Numbered from the stretch's first letter, positions 19,602 through 30,989 are shown. The stretch is DNA of 64,000 bases from Candidatus Nomurabacteria bacterium (GCA_963834935.1 CAWIDS010000001.1:301500-365499); one strand, 5' to 3'. The notes: generated from the sequence alone by a model not told the origin. Numbers and translations are program-made.

Positions 19602-20948
19602 TTACAAGAGGAGTTTCAACTCCTCTATTTCTTGAAGAAGGGTTCCGTCAACCTTCAGATCCTTTTTAATCTTGTCGCAAGAATGTATTACGGTGGTGTG
19701 ATCCCTTCCTCCTAATTTCTGTCCGATTGAAGGGTAAGATATGTTGAATATCTCTCTCAGAAGGTACATAAGCACTTGTCGTGGTTTAACCACTTCTTTT
19801 TTTCTTGATTTATCATAAATGCTTTCTTCCTCAATATTGTAAAAGCCAGAGACTATTTTAGTGACTTCTTTGATTGAGAGGTTCTTTACTGGCCTTTTAT
19901 TCACTTTTATAAGATTCTTTATCTCATTAAGCAACGGTTCTTTTCCTTTCGTCTCCATATAATGGACGATATTGTTGAAAGCCCCCTCAATTTCGCGGAT
20001 ATTACCTTCTATGTTGGCGGCAACAAACTCGATTATGGGGGTGCTAAGGGAAATGTTGTTCATCAAAGCCTTCTTTTTGACTATTTCAAGGCGTGATTCG
20101 TAATCAGGTTCAGGAATATCAACGATCATTCCAGCCACAAAGCGTGATTTAAGGCGATTTTCAAGGTTTGGTATGTAATTAGGATGAATATCCGAAGAAA
20201 AGATGATTTGTTTGTTGTTGTCATAGAGATAATTAAACAAATGGAAGAGTTCTTCTTGGGTTTTCTCCTTGCTGAAGAGGAATTGGATGTCATCCATAAT
20301 AAAGACATCGTATTTGCGGTATTTTTCCTTGAAAAAATGCATTTTATTCGCTTGGAGACAGTCGACCATCTCTTGGGAGAAGCGTTCTGAGGTAATATAG
20401 AATATTTTTTTTACCGATCCGGTGCTTTTTATGTGATTTCCGACTGCTTGCATGATGTGTGTCTTGCCCAAACCTGTCTTTCCATAGATGAAGAGAGGGT
20501 TGTAAGCTACTGGCTTGTTTATTATTGCTTGGCAAGCAGAGTAAGCGAGCTCGTTGAATGGCCCTACGACAAAAGTATCAAAAGTGTAACGTGGATTGAG
20601 ATTATCCTCCTTATTTACTGCTAATTTATCCAAAGGAAGCTCTCTTGTGTTTTTTGGTTGGGAGTTTTCTTTCTTTATTGAAGAGGCAAGCTCACTCTTT
20701 TGCTTGTCTGACACTGCATAAACAATAGAGCGCACGGATGGATCAAGATTTCGGAGAAGCTTCAGGAAAATATTGTTGTATTTATCCACAAGCCATGAAA
20801 TAACAAACGGATTAGGTACTCCAATGGTGATAACCCCCTCTTCCCTCTTTAGAATATGGGTATCTTTAAACCAAGTGTTGAATGAACCGAGAGATACAGA
20901 CAATTCTATTTCAACCAAAACGCTTTCCCATAGTTTTTTATCGTCCAT
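19602..20948 (-). CDS. dnaA: Chromosomal replication initiator DnaA
   Basis: [53 protein letters not shown]. Confidence 0.98.
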   Translation of the reverse strand: MDDKKLWESVLVEIELSVSLGSFNTWFKDTHILKREEGVITIGVPNPFVISWLVDKYNNIFLKLLRNLDPSVRSIVYAVSDKQKSELASSIKKENSQPKNTRELPLDKLAVNKEDNLNPRYTFDTFVVGPFNELAYSACQAIINKPVAYNPLFIYGKTGLGKTHIMQAVGNHIKSTGSVKKIFYITSERFSQEMVDCLQANKMHFFKEKYRKYDVFIMDDIQFLFSKEKTQEELFHLFNYLYDNNKQIIFSSDIHPNYIPNLENRLKSRFVAGMIVDIPEPDYESRLEIVKKKALMNNISLSTPIIEFVAANIEGNIREIEGAFNNIVHYMETKGKEPLLNEIKNLIKVNKRPVKNLSIKEVTKIVSGFYNIEEESIYDKSRKKEVVKPRQVLMYLLREIFNISYPSIGQKLGGRDHTTVIHSCDKIKKDLKVDGTLLQEIEELKLLL

Positions 20949-20966
20949 AATTCAAATAGTATATCG

Positions 20967-20975
20967 TTATCCACA
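20967..20975. promoter_or_regulatory. Perfect DnaA box in the dnaA-rpmH intergenic region
   Basis: TTATCCACA. Confidence 0.8.
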
Positions 20976-21026
20976 GGCTTGTCTAACTTGTGCATATCTT
21001 GCAAGTTATGTTATAGTCTTCTCACT

Positions 21027-21161
21027 ATGTCACGAACATACCAACCAAAGAAAAGAAAGCGAGCAAAGACCCATGGATTTCTTGTAAGGCAGAAGACAAA
21101 GACCGGAAAAAAGGTCGTAGCTCGACGCCGACAAAAAGGAAGAAAAAAGCTAGCTGTTTAG
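21027..21161 (+). CDS. rpmH: 50S ribosomal protein L34
   Basis: [18 protein letters not shown]...[10 protein letters not shown]. Confidence 0.97.
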   Translation: MSRTYQPKKRKRAKTHGFLVRQKTKTGKKVVARRRQKGRKKLAV

Positions 21162-21166
21162 ACTTT

Positions 21167-21478
21167 GTGTTCTCAAAAAACCAACGAATTAAAAAAGCCG
21201 ACTTCGAAGATATCTTAAAAAAGGGGAAAAATTCAAACAAACCCCTATTTTCGTTGGTTTTTTTGCCTGGAACAGGTTTGAGGTGTGCAGTTGTAGCCTC
21301 GAAAAAGGTCTCAAAAAAGGCTGTCATCAGGAATAGGAATAAGCGCCGGGTAAGGGATCTTCTTAAAAAAATCCTAAAAGAAAAAAATAAAGGCTCATAT
21401 ATTATCTTTATCAAGAAAGACCTTGCTGAAATTCCCCACCTTTCAATATCCAAAGAGTTGGAATCCATGCTAGACTAA
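21167..21478 (+). CDS. rnpA: RNase P protein component
   Basis: VASKKVSKKAVIRNRNKRR (RNR motif); synteny with rpmH. Confidence 0.93.
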   Translation: MFSKNQRIKKADFEDILKKGKNSNKPLFSLVFLPGTGLRCAVVASKKVSKKAVIRNRNKRRVRDLLKKILKEKNKGSYIIFIKKDLAEIPHLSISKELESMLD

Positions 21479-21488
21479 TCAACATCTT

Positions 21489-22217
21489 ATGTTCATAGCC
21501 ACCTTTTTCGGACTTTTTTTCTACAATCCACTTTACAACGGCCTTGTCTTGCTTCTTTCTTACCTCCCTTCTCCTGACATAGGCTGGGCGGTCATTATTT
21601 TTACCGCTTTCATCAAGCTTTTGCTTTTCCCTCTCTCAAGGCAGGCTGTCCGTACTCAGATGAAGCTTAAGGAGGTAGCTCCCGAGCTTGAAAGGATAAA
21701 AGAGCAATATAAGGATGAAAAAGAGAAGCAAGCCAAGGAAATGATGCTTGTCTACCAGAAAAATGACATAAATCCTTTCTCAGGATTCCTTCTCGCCTTG
21801 ATCCAGATCCCAATCATCCTCGCCCTCTACTTCATCTTCCTTAAGGGGGGACTTCCGGTCATAAATGCCAAGATACTCTACTCTTTCGTGAAGATTCCGG
21901 CCAACATAAACACTCATTTCCTTAATCTGATAGACGTAAGCAAGCCTCAGATAGTGCTTGGCATCCTCGCCGGCATCAGCCAATATGTACAGGTTCAGTT
22001 CTCAGTTCCGCCCATCAAGAAAGTCGATAACCCAGGCTTCAAGGACGACCTCGCACGCAGTATGAACATGCAGATGCGCTATATACTCCCCTTCTTCGTC
22101 TTCCTTATCTCATTCAAGGTCTCAGGAGCGGTCGCTCTCTACTGGATAACGGGAAATCTCTTCACTATCGGACAGGAATTATATATGCGAAAGCATCTAA
22201 AGAATAAGAAAGCTTAG
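21489..22217 (+). CDS. yidC: Membrane protein insertase YidC (short)
   Basis: IKLLLFPL, INPFSG, LIQIPI, LYWITGNLF. Confidence 0.93.
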   Translation: MFIATFFGLFFYNPLYNGLVLLLSYLPSPDIGWAVIIFTAFIKLLLFPLSRQAVRTQMKLKEVAPELERIKEQYKDEKEKQAKEMMLVYQKNDINPFSGFLLALIQIPIILALYFIFLKGGLPVINAKILYSFVKIPANINTHFLNLIDVSKPQIVLGILAGISQYVQVQFSVPPIKKVDNPGFKDDLARSMNMQMRYILPFFVFLISFKVSGAVALYWITGNLFTIGQELYMRKHLKNKKA

Positions 22218-23410
22218 ATCTTGAGGTTCCAAAGGGTAAGGTCTCTCTTATTCATGAAAAGAAGGTAATCTTCGTCGGGAGAAAGTTTTGGATTGATCAC
22301 GTCGATTTGGACACCTCCCTCATTCTGGAGATTTGCTACATTGCTGGTGTTTCCAGTTAATGCGTCAATTGTCTCTATATTGTCGTTGAAGAAGACTTTT
22401 CCTTGATACCATACATCTGGATACACTCCGTTGGGAATGCTTGAGGTGACGGCACAGTAAGCCAAAGAAGGCATCTTTACAGACCATACGCATTTATCAG
22501 GTATCAAAGGACTTGAAAGAGGGTTTTCTACTCCTGTCCTTATATTCAATATGCCGGAAACCAAAATGTCATTCTTATTTTGCGAATAGATGGCGTATTT
22601 TGCATCAGGCGAGACCGATACCACAAGGCCGTTGCGGGCACTCAGAAGCTCTGTCATCGCTTTTGTCTTTATGTTATAGAGGTAGCTCAGGTTCTGAGTC
22701 TTTGCCGAAGGCGCAGTTGTCAGAAGAGCGATGCCGCTGCTTACCATCTGGACGTTCCATTTTTCAACAGCGCTTGAAAAGACAATGCTTTTCTTTGCTG
22801 GGAAGGAATAAAGTGATCCTTGCGCCCCATTCGGAGTGCTTTCGATGCCGAAATAGCTGTCTTTGGCTGGAGAAAGAGATAGTGAGCTTATTTCCGATGG
22901 AAGGAATATTCCAGTCGTCGAAGAATTGCTTATTGAGCCGATAAAAGTCTCTATTTTTTCAGTTGCATCGTCAAGCGTCCTGAAAATGACGTTATTGCCG
23001 CCCTTTCCTATGTATGCCTCATACACTTTGGGAATGGTAGTATTCGAAATCTTGCTTATAGCAAGGTTGTCCGGAGCAGTCTGGAAGATGTTTCCTGTAG
23101 CCCGATCGACGTATTCGATGCCAGTGAGTTTTGTGGTGAGCGTAATGAAGTCACCCCCCGCAACCGGCGTGGTAGTGATCTGTCGGAGTCTGGGAATAGA
23201 TGTTGAAGAGGTGCTTGTCGAGATTATTGCCAAAGTCGAAGAAGAAAGTATCGTGCCGGTAGTGTCTACAAGCTGTCCTGTGGCAGTTACTGAAGAAGGG
23301 GTGGGTTTTGATACTTTAGTATTAGTGAGATAGAAATATCCTCCGACAAGCGCCCCCAATACCAGTATGAATGCGATAAGGATTACGGCTGTAAGATACT
23401 TTCGTGACAT
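22214..23410 (-). CDS. Membrane-anchored extracellular protein, likely beta-propeller
   Basis: N-terminal TM, Ser/Thr linker, repeated (L/V)SPD/SPA blade motifs, DKCVW. Confidence 0.7.
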   Translation of the reverse strand: MSRKYLTAVILIAFILVLGALVGGYFYLTNTKVSKPTPSSVTATGQLVDTTGTILSSSTLAIISTSTSSTSIPRLRQITTTPVAGGDFITLTTKLTGIEYVDRATGNIFQTAPDNLAISKISNTTIPKVYEAYIGKGGNNVIFRTLDDATEKIETFIGSISNSSTTGIFLPSEISSLSLSPAKDSYFGIESTPNGAQGSLYSFPAKKSIVFSSAVEKWNVQMVSSGIALLTTAPSAKTQNLSYLYNIKTKAMTELLSARNGLVVSVSPDAKYAIYSQNKNDILVSGILNIRTGVENPLSSPLIPDKCVWSVKMPSLAYCAVTSSIPNGVYPDVWYQGKVFFNDNIETIDALTGNTSNVANLQNEGGVQIDVINPKLSPDEDYLLFMNKRDLTLWNLKI

Positions 23411-23442
23411 GTATATATTATATACTAAATAAAATTTTATTT

Positions 23443-24399
23443 TTATTCTCCTCTATAAAGTGGACCCCAATAATGATTCTTTTGTGTCCCAGTAATACTA
23501 CCTGTATCACTGATTTGATTTTTTAATATTATGATAGCTGCTTGAGTGTTATATTTAGGATCATCTATTATTTGTTGTGGAGTAACTCCGTATTTTGCTG
23601 CAAGGCCTTGCACTGCGTTATCTCCAACACTAAGAGAGTATAAACCTTCTGAAGAAAAGTTTGAACTGCCATCTTGAGAATGTGCCGTAGTATTATCACT
23701 TGGATTAAAGCCAGATTCGCTATTTGCAATATTTGCGAGCAAGCTCACATATCCCTGCGCTGTTACTGTCCCGTCTGGAAAATATTTTGCTGCATCTGAA
23801 GGGCTAAGGTTTAAAATTCCCGAATCTTGTATTTGTTGGAGCGTATAAGCATTCATATCTGTAGGAAGCCCATTTGCACCGTCTGTAGGAAAATCTGTGC
23901 CTGATTGGGTGCCGTCTGCTATGTCTCCGCTTCCGTCCCCAGGAGAAGTTCCATCCGAACCACTCGCCCCGACATTATAACCAACATTTGTTACTTGGAT
24001 CGGAATAGGTGTTACTAATACAGACGTTATATTTAAATTGCTTCCTATAAGCCTCGGATCGACGAATTTCAAGATGACATAAGAGCCTAATGCGACCAAT
24101 AAGCCGAGAAGGGCAGCATTGATACGGTCCTGGCCTTCGGTTTTTTTCCCCATCGCATCGCTCGACATGTATTCGATACCCCCAACGACGATCATGAGGA
24201 CCGCAAGCGCACTGCAAAGGGCGATGCCAAGGGCGTACATTGAATTCAGATATTGGCTGAGGGAATTGCTACTGCTTATATCTACAGGATTAGTAACATA
24301 ATTAGAAATAGGCGCTAAGGGCACGTAGCTTTGAGCAAGAGCGATGAAAGGAGAAATCATTATTAAAGCGAGGATTGCGAATAAAAGAGTTTTTTTCAT
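23443..24399 (-). CDS. TrbC/VirB2-like pilin fused to a lytic-transglycosylase-like domain
   Basis: Pilin segment LAVLMIVVGGIEYMSS..K.EGQDRINAALLGLLVAL.SY.IL..VDP; C-terminal ESGFNP, GLYSL, DPKYNTQAA. Confidence 0.7.
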   Translation of the reverse strand: MKKTLLFAILALIMISPFIALAQSYVPLAPISNYVTNPVDISSSNSLSQYLNSMYALGIALCSALAVLMIVVGGIEYMSSDAMGKKTEGQDRINAALLGLLVALGSYVILKFVDPRLIGSNLNITSVLVTPIPIQVTNVGYNVGASGSDGTSPGDGSGDIADGTQSGTDFPTDGANGLPTDMNAYTLQQIQDSGILNLSPSDAAKYFPDGTVTAQGYVSLLANIANSESGFNPSDNTTAHSQDGSSNFSSEGLYSLSVGDNAVQGLAAKYGVTPQQIIDDPKYNTQAAIIILKNQISDTGSITGTQKNHYWGPLYRGE

Positions 24400-24400
24400 A

Positions 24401-25429
24401 TTAGAAATTTATTTTTACCGATCCGGTGGCGCCTTGGAGGATTCTCGCTGAATTCTCGAGAATTGCCTCGATCACCGAGCTTCCCTTCTGGTTGGTTGAA
24501 TTCCTGAAAGTGGCATAGTTCTGATTTTCAGCCTGGGCAATAGGATTTCCGTTGATAGACCATGAATATTTAAGTGTCGGATCGCTTTTTAATACCGCGC
24601 TCGCATAGTATGGATAGGCGCCGACAGTGACTTCGGAATCAGTCATTTGGAAATCATTTGCTCCAAGCTCAGTATTGAAAAGGGTTCCGTACAAGGGATT
24701 TTTCTCATAGAACATCATCTCAGGCTCTTCCGGGGAAACTAACATCGAGCCTGTGCCGGTAATGCTTCCGTCCAAAGAAGATACGTCTACTTGCACCAAG
24801 ACGTCTTTTCCGAGGATGTCTTCAGTATAAGAAAGGGTGTTTTTACCGTAGCCAGAAAGGCTTCCCTGCACCGTGCCATCGATTGTCCATTTATAGATAA
24901 GGTTTTTAGGATTTACGCTTGCTCCGCTTGGCGTGAAGAGGTTAGGCATGGCTATGAAAGTGATATCCCCTTCCTTGGTAAAGATAGCCTTTCCTTTATA
25001 AAAAGGAGGAGTATAGCCTGAAGCTTCATAGATGATTGGAACTTCCTGCGAAGAAACGCTTGCCGTCTTTATGATGTCCGGGCTGCCGTCTGAAGGAGTG
25101 ATGTCGGCTGAGACGTTCTGAACGACTCCTTTATCCCCAGCTGTGACTGAAAAAGTGGTAAGGCCGGTATCTTGCTGGACAACTTTTCCGTTCACTGACC
25201 AAGAAATAGAGTCGGCGTTCAGGTCAGTTCCATAAGCAGCCAAGGTGAAGGTGACCGTATCGCCAGGATTAGGATTGGTCGGCGTCACGTCCAATGTCAC
25301 CTGCTGCTGGATGTCGCCTGATTGGATCGGATCATAACTTTGTGCTGAGCTTTTTTGTGCAAAGTAAGAGAAACATACGAAAGTAAAAACAATTAACAAA
25401 AAAACAAAGAGAATTGAACTTTTTTTCAT
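24401..25429 (-). CDS. Secreted protein with repeated Ig-like domains
   Basis: Signal peptide; three W(S/T)(V/I)(N/D)G repeats; YTPPFYKGKA. Confidence 0.75.
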   Translation of the reverse strand: MKKSSILFVFLLIVFTFVCFSYFAQKSSAQSYDPIQSGDIQQQVTLDVTPTNPNPGDTVTFTLAAYGTDLNADSISWSVNGKVVQQDTGLTTFSVTAGDKGVVQNVSADITPSDGSPDIIKTASVSSQEVPIIYEASGYTPPFYKGKAIFTKEGDITFIAMPNLFTPSGASVNPKNLIYKWTIDGTVQGSLSGYGKNTLSYTEDILGKDVLVQVDVSSLDGSITGTGSMLVSPEEPEMMFYEKNPLYGTLFNTELGANDFQMTDSEVTVGAYPYYASAVLKSDPTLKYSWSINGNPIAQAENQNYATFRNSTNQKGSSVIEAILENSARILQGATGSVKINF

Positions 25430-25469
25430 CGCCTTAATTATATACCTATTTTTTTACAAAATCTAACCC

Positions 25470-26291
25470 TCACAAAACATTTGCAAACTTATAACCTACA
25501 ATACCATTAAAAGGTCTTATACCCGCATTATGTTTATTCCAAGCAGCCATAAGCACCGGATCACTTTTATCATCGTTACTAATACTTCCATTTCTCATTA
25601 TATCTGCTGCTTTTGATAACTTTATATTATCCTCTCTTGTTCTATTCGATTTTTTATTTAATTGGTCTAAGGCATCATTGCTAGATTGCTGATATTCTCG
25701 CATTCTTTTATTTTCTGCTTCTGCTGCAAGGAATTCTCTTTCTGTGGTATTCCGGTCATTACGAATATTTAGTGTTTTAATCTCTTCTTTTTCCTCCTCA
25801 ACCTCTGATTGTTGGAGCTGTTTATCTTGTACTTGTTTAGACTGTTCCTGTTGCTGCCTATCTCGAACCATCTGTAACCGCGTCATTTTCTGCTGCTGAT
25901 CCTGCTGGACTTGTATCTGCTGCGCTTTTATCTGGACTTCATTCTGCTTTTCCCATTTCTTGTTGTTCTGAACGGCAAGCCACCAGTTGTAACAATGATC
26001 AAGGCTCCAGAATGGCAGTGCATCGAGGTCGGGGATTTCTTCCCCAAGAAAAGTAGCGACCATTCCTAGGACTTTCATGGTCATATCATCAGAACCACTT
26101 CCAACCTCTCCTCGTATCCATAGATAAAAAGAGTAGGATATCTCTACTCCAATATCTATAAAGCGGTTTATGATTACTCCCGATTCAAAAAAAAGGTCCA
26201 AAAGAAACTGAACAAGGTCAATTATTAGGAATGCTCCGAGAACCAAACCCCACTCCGTGTTGCTTATTTTGCTTTTGGTGATCTGGGCCAT
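25470..26291 (-). CDS. Membrane protein with Gln-rich coiled-coil tail, downstream of virB4
   Basis: N-terminal hydrophobic helices, EIPDLDALPFW motif, Q/E/K-rich C-terminus. Confidence 0.65.
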   Translation of the reverse strand: MAQITKSKISNTEWGLVLGAFLIIDLVQFLLDLFFESGVIINRFIDIGVEISYSFYLWIRGEVGSGSDDMTMKVLGMVATFLGEEIPDLDALPFWSLDHCYNWWLAVQNNKKWEKQNEVQIKAQQIQVQQDQQQKMTRLQMVRDRQQQEQSKQVQDKQLQQSEVEEEKEEIKTLNIRNDRNTTEREFLAAEAENKRMREYQQSSNDALDQLNKKSNRTREDNIKLSKAADIMRNGSISNDDKSDPVLMAAWNKHNAGIRPFNGIVGYKFANVL

Positions 26292-26295
26292 AGGT

Positions 26296-28117
26296 TTACA
26301 GCTTGCGAGCCATATCCTCTTCAAGCTCTGCTCGCGCTTTCTTCATTGCGAGGACTTGGGCAGGATCCGAGGTGATGATCTGGTCTTCTGTATACGAGGC
26401 GATAATCTTGATGGCAACATGCTTGAGGCCGGCGAAGAAGATTCCCTCCCCTACATCCGATTCAAGAAGAAGATATTTTTCCTCATCGGTTAGGTTGAAG
26501 GTTTTTTGCACTGCATCGATTGAAGAAGGTGATTGCTTGAGAAGAAGCTGGATCGAGGAGTTGGTGATGATCGGCAATCCGTAAGGTGATTTCAGGAAGT
26601 CCTCGACGTCCTGAGTAATGGTAGCAAGGCCGAGATAGTATTTTCGTCCTCGTTTTGCCAAGCCGAGAAGGAATGAGGCAGTGTCTTCTGATTTCATCAT
26701 CCACCATGCCTCGTCGATGACCAGAAGCCTTTTCTTGAGCTCTTTTCGGATGGCATTCCAGATGAAGTGGGTGACGATATACATTGCTACAGGCTTGAGT
26801 TCGTCTTCCATGTCTCGCACTGAGAAGACGACAAATTTCTTGTTAATGTCGACATTTGTCGGCTGATTGATGAAGCCTGCCCATGTTCCGCGAGTATATT
26901 TTGAGAGTTTTGTACCAGACATTCCGCTCCTTCCATTCCCGCAAGCACCATTTCGAAGTCGGACATCAAAGGCGGCTCGATATCAGTGAAATTCGAGTCG
27001 GGAGTAATATCTTTGAGTGCGTAAGTTTCGCTAATAGCTTTGTCGATGATGGCATCTTCTTCAGGGCTTAGTCCACCGAGCATGATGCGGAAAAGGCCGA
27101 CGAGGTTGACGATATTCGAGCGGAGGACGTCAGCATCTGATTCATCTGGCCGAGGATGAGGAAGGTCGAACGGATTGATGTGGTGCTCGGAGGTAGAGGA
27201 GATGTTGAAATAGCGGCCACCGGTAGCTTCAGCCATGTATTCATATTCCTTTTCAGGGTCGATGACGATGACATCGGCATCGAACATGAGTGTTCGGAGG
27301 ATTTCGAGCTTGGTAGCGTATGATTTTCCGGATCCGGCTTTGGCGAAAGTCACGGAATTGTAGTTTTCAAGCGAGAAGCGGTCGAAAAGGACAAGCGTTG
27401 AATTGTGGCGGTTGATGCCGTAAAGAATTCCTTTGTCAGAGGTAAGGTCGAAAGAAATGAATGGAAAGAGGCTTGAGAGAGCGGTGAAGAATTGAGCTTC
27501 GAGTGGATTTCCAGAAGGTCGTCTGCGATAGGTAGCGTGCTCTTGAAAGCCTTGTTCCTGCTGGAAAAGCGCGGGCTTGAGATAGACAAGCTTTGCTTCG
27601 AGGATTGATTTCATTTCCGATTCGATTTTATCGAGTTCAGCGCTCGAATCTCCATAAAGTGAGATATAAAGACCGACATCGAAGATCCTTTCTTGTGCCT
27701 GCTGCAGATCGTCGCGAAGCTTCTCAAGGTCTTGATAGGCAGTATCAAGCATCGGATCGCGGACCAAGCCCTTCTCTTCTCTGATGTGGATCTGGCTTTG
27801 CACTTCAGCGACTTTCTTTTGAAATTGGCGAAGCATTTTCGTGTTTCAATGGGATGGATGAAAATGGAAATATCAAAAACTTTGTCGAGGTTGATGATCG
27901 GCGAGAACCAGTTGTCGCTCAGATAGCGCGGATAAGAAATCACAAAGAAGCTCCTCACAATCTTGTTGCCGAGGTTTATTTCTTTCGAGCTAATTTTCAG
28001 CGCAGAAGGCGAGATGATATCTTTCAGGTCAAGCTCTTGGGACTGATAAAGCTCGCTTGGCAAGCTTGTCAGGTTCTCATTCTTTTGTTTTTTTGTAAAA
28101 ATATCGAGTAGTCCCAT
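26296..28117 (-). CDS. virB4: VirB4/TraC-like conjugation ATPase; reading frame broken by about 4 indels
   Basis: Fragments join into one protein: ISYPRYL, GILYGINRHN, AKAGSGKS (Walker A), IDPEKEY, INPFDL, LVIDEAW (Walker B), RGRKY, ITQDVEDF; shifts near 27840, 27545, 27483, 26915. Confidence 0.85.
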
Positions 28118-28118
28118 G

Positions 28119-28726
28119 TTATTTAGTATGAATCGGCTTCTCTATCTCTCCAGGGTTGAATGACTTGTAGAAAAGCTCGATCAGCTCCTCATTTTCAAGC
28201 TCAACCATCCTGATGCCGCAGCGCGTAAGTCCTTCTTCGACCACCGCCACCCTTTGCTCGAGCTGGCCGATGTTTTCTTTGAAAGTGACATTCTTGTCTT
28301 CGGCATTTCCTTTCTTCGGCCAAAAACTGGGGGCGTATAAGGAATCACTACAAAGAAATTCTTGGTCATGATATTGCTGCTTTCGGTAAGCGTCCTGACG
28401 AATTCGACATATTGCCTGACTTGGAGCTTCATCAGGTCGGTTGTCTGTTCCGTTTCCCTTTTTTCGAGTATGTCGAGATAAGGCTTGATGTTGGAGGCGG
28501 CGCGATTGGACGCATATTTGTACTGAAAAGTTCAGGGAATTGAGGAAATTTTGGAACTGGCCGATGATTGCCGCCTGCTCGTCAGATGATTTCAAAGCGA
28601 AGTTGAGTGATGAAGCCATAACGATTGCCCTAAAGCGATCCGTATTCTAAGCACAACGAAATTATCTTTTATTTCCTCAATAGGGATGAATTCCTGAGTG
28701 GCTTTGGTTTGTGAGGCGAGTGACAT
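28119..28726 (-). CDS. Conserved PrgI-VirB4 intervening protein (TraC N-terminal-like), frameshifted
   Basis: MSLASQTKATQEFIPIEEIKD, then RAIVMASSLNFALKS, then MTKNFFVVIPY, then ELIELFYKSFNP, spread across several frames. Confidence 0.7.
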
Positions 28727-28746
28727 ATCGTGCTAAGTATACCCTA

Positions 28747-29196
28747 TTAGACTTTAATATTTAAGAGATCATTAAGGCTTTTTTCTTCTCCATCGTATTT
28801 TTTCGAAGCAAGGCTGCCTTTTATATCTTTTAAACTGCTTCTTCTTGTTGTAGGAATGGAGATGATAGCTGTCGGATCATATGACATGTCGATTTCCTTC
28901 GTGGGTACCGGCTTATTTTCTTTTTTCCAGATGTAAAGCTTGTTTTTGGTGAAAAAAAGCACGGCAGCTTGGACTTCGTCAAGGAATGGTCTGTTGTTAG
29001 GCTTGTAAAAAGTCAGGGCGACAAAGAAAGCAAGTACAGGCAAGGCAAGAGGGATGCCGATGAATGCGGGCGTCACGAAATGGTAGATGGTATAGGAAAT
29101 GCCGAGCCCTCCCGCAAGATAGATGAATTCCTTGAACGAAAGAGAAAAGAAAATCTTATCCTCGATCTCGATGAATTGTGGAACCTGGAACTTCAT
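28747..29196 (-). CDS. prgI: PrgI-family membrane protein
   Basis: MKFQVPQFIEIEDKIF, two TMs, KPNNRPF, YIWKK. Confidence 0.85.
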   Translation of the reverse strand: MKFQVPQFIEIEDKIFFSLSFKEFIYLAGGLGISYTIYHFVTPAFIGIPLALPVLAFFVALTFYKPNNRPFLDEVQAAVLFFTKNKLYIWKKENKPVPTKEIDMSYDPTAIISIPTTRRSSLKDIKGSLASKKYDGEEKSLNDLLNIKV

Positions 29197-29212
29197 TTGG
29201 ACTAGTATAGCA

Positions 29213-30964
29213 TTATTCCGAAACTACCCGAAGGACTTCTTCGATAGTAGTCACACCCTGCACCGCCTTGAATACCCCGTCTTCTATCATGGTAAGCATT
29301 CCTTCTTTCTTTGCCTGCGCTTCTATTTCATCTGACGTCGTTCCTTTCATGACTAATGCCTTGATAGGTGCGCTAACCTTGAGAATTTCATGTATGCCGA
29401 TCCTTCCCGCATAGCCATCTTCCGATTCAGCGCTTTTAATAGGCTTGTAGAACGGGATTGTCTGCCACTCCGCTTTTTCATCGACTATCTTTCTTTCTTC
29501 AGGAACTCCAGAACCCGGGCAATGTCGACTTTCTTGGAAAGCATATCAAGCTCATCTTTGGTGAGAAGGTATTTTTCCTTGGTGACAGCCAGTTTCCTGA
29601 TAAGGCGCTGGCCTATGATACATTCAAGGTCGAGACAAGAGGAATGGCTCTATGTGCATGTCGATGAAGCGTGGAATGGCGCCGGCGGCTGAATTGGTGT
29701 GAAGGGTCGAGAGTACAAGGTGTCCAGTGAGCGAGGCGTTGATGGCGAGGGATGCCGTTTCATTGTCGCGGATTTCCCCCACCATGATGATATCCGGGTC
29801 CTGCCTGACAAGGGAGCGGAGTCCCGAGGCGAAAGTAAAACCGATTTCTGGCTTTACTTGGGTTTGATTGATCCTCTTCATCTGGTATTCGACAGGATCC
29901 TCAATCGTGGAGATATTCACATCGGCTGTATTCAGGATATCTAGAACGGTATAGAGGGTCGTCGTCTTTCCTGACCCTGTCGGACCAGTAGTAAGGATCA
30001 TTCCAGTCGAGAGTTTTGTCGCTTCATATATCCTTTCTAATCCTTCTCCATGGAAGCCGAGATGCTCGAGGGTAAAGCCGGAAACATTTTCCCTAAGCAA
30101 ACGCATTACTGTCTTTTCTCCGTAGTACACAGGCAGGATAGACACTCGAAAAGAGACATTTTCCCCATTCATTTCGATCTTGAAACGGCCGTCTTGGGGA
30201 AGCCTTTTTTCGTCGAGCTTGAGGCTCGAAAGGACTTTGATGCGGGCTGTGATGGAATCGCCTGCATTTTTTGGCAAGATCATGGCGTCGTGAAGTATTC
30301 CATCTATGCGGTAGCGTACTACCACTTCATTTTCTTGAGGTTCGATATGAATATCCGAAGCGTTCTGGATGATGGCATGTTTCAGGAGCGTATCTACGAC
30401 TCGGACTACCGGCAAGTCCTCGGCCATCTTCTGAAGGTCTTTGATGTTGAGTTTGCCGTCCTTGTTCTGATCCCCGACTGATTTTATGGAGACTGATTCC
30501 TTCTGGATGATATCACCGAAGTCAGCCTTGAGGCTTTTCTGGTATTGGAGGATTGCCGACTTCATCGAATTCACGTCAGTAAGGCGTGGAAGAATCTTCA
30601 AGCCCACTTTCTTCTTGACGAAATCGAGTGCGCTCAAGTCATCGGTGTCGAGCATTGCCACCTCAAGCGTCTTATCATCTTTCTTGAAGCCGATGATATT
30701 GTGCTTGCGGGCAATCGGCTCGGGAATGAGAGAGAGAACACTGAAATCTATCTTTTGATCTTTGAGATCCACGAATGGGATCCCAAGTATGTAGGCTTGA
30801 ATTTTTCGGAGATCTTCCTCGGTAATCAGGCTTTTTTGCAGCAGAATATCACCCATGTCTACCCCCTTTTTCTCTGATTCTTCGCGTGCAGTAGCAAGTT
30901 CTTTTTCGGAAACCAATCCCGAATCCATTATGAACTTTTCAAATTGAGCTTTGTTTATGAACAC
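29213..30964 (-). CDS. Second GspE/PilB-family ATPase, frameshifted near the 3' end
   Basis: ASDIHIEP, GPTGSGKTT, RQDPDIIMVGEIRD; continues in other frames as IIGQRLIRKL, GYAGRIGIHE, GVTTIEEVLRVVSE* ending at 29213; indels near 29632, 29620, 29490. Confidence 0.85.
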
Positions 30965-30989
30965 GCTGACATTGTAACATATTCGTCAA

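Noticed and set aside
26296-28726. Programmed ribosomal frameshifting in virB4
   Set aside because: Too many shifts, in both directions and in adjacent genes, without consistent slippery sites; sequence error is more parsimonious
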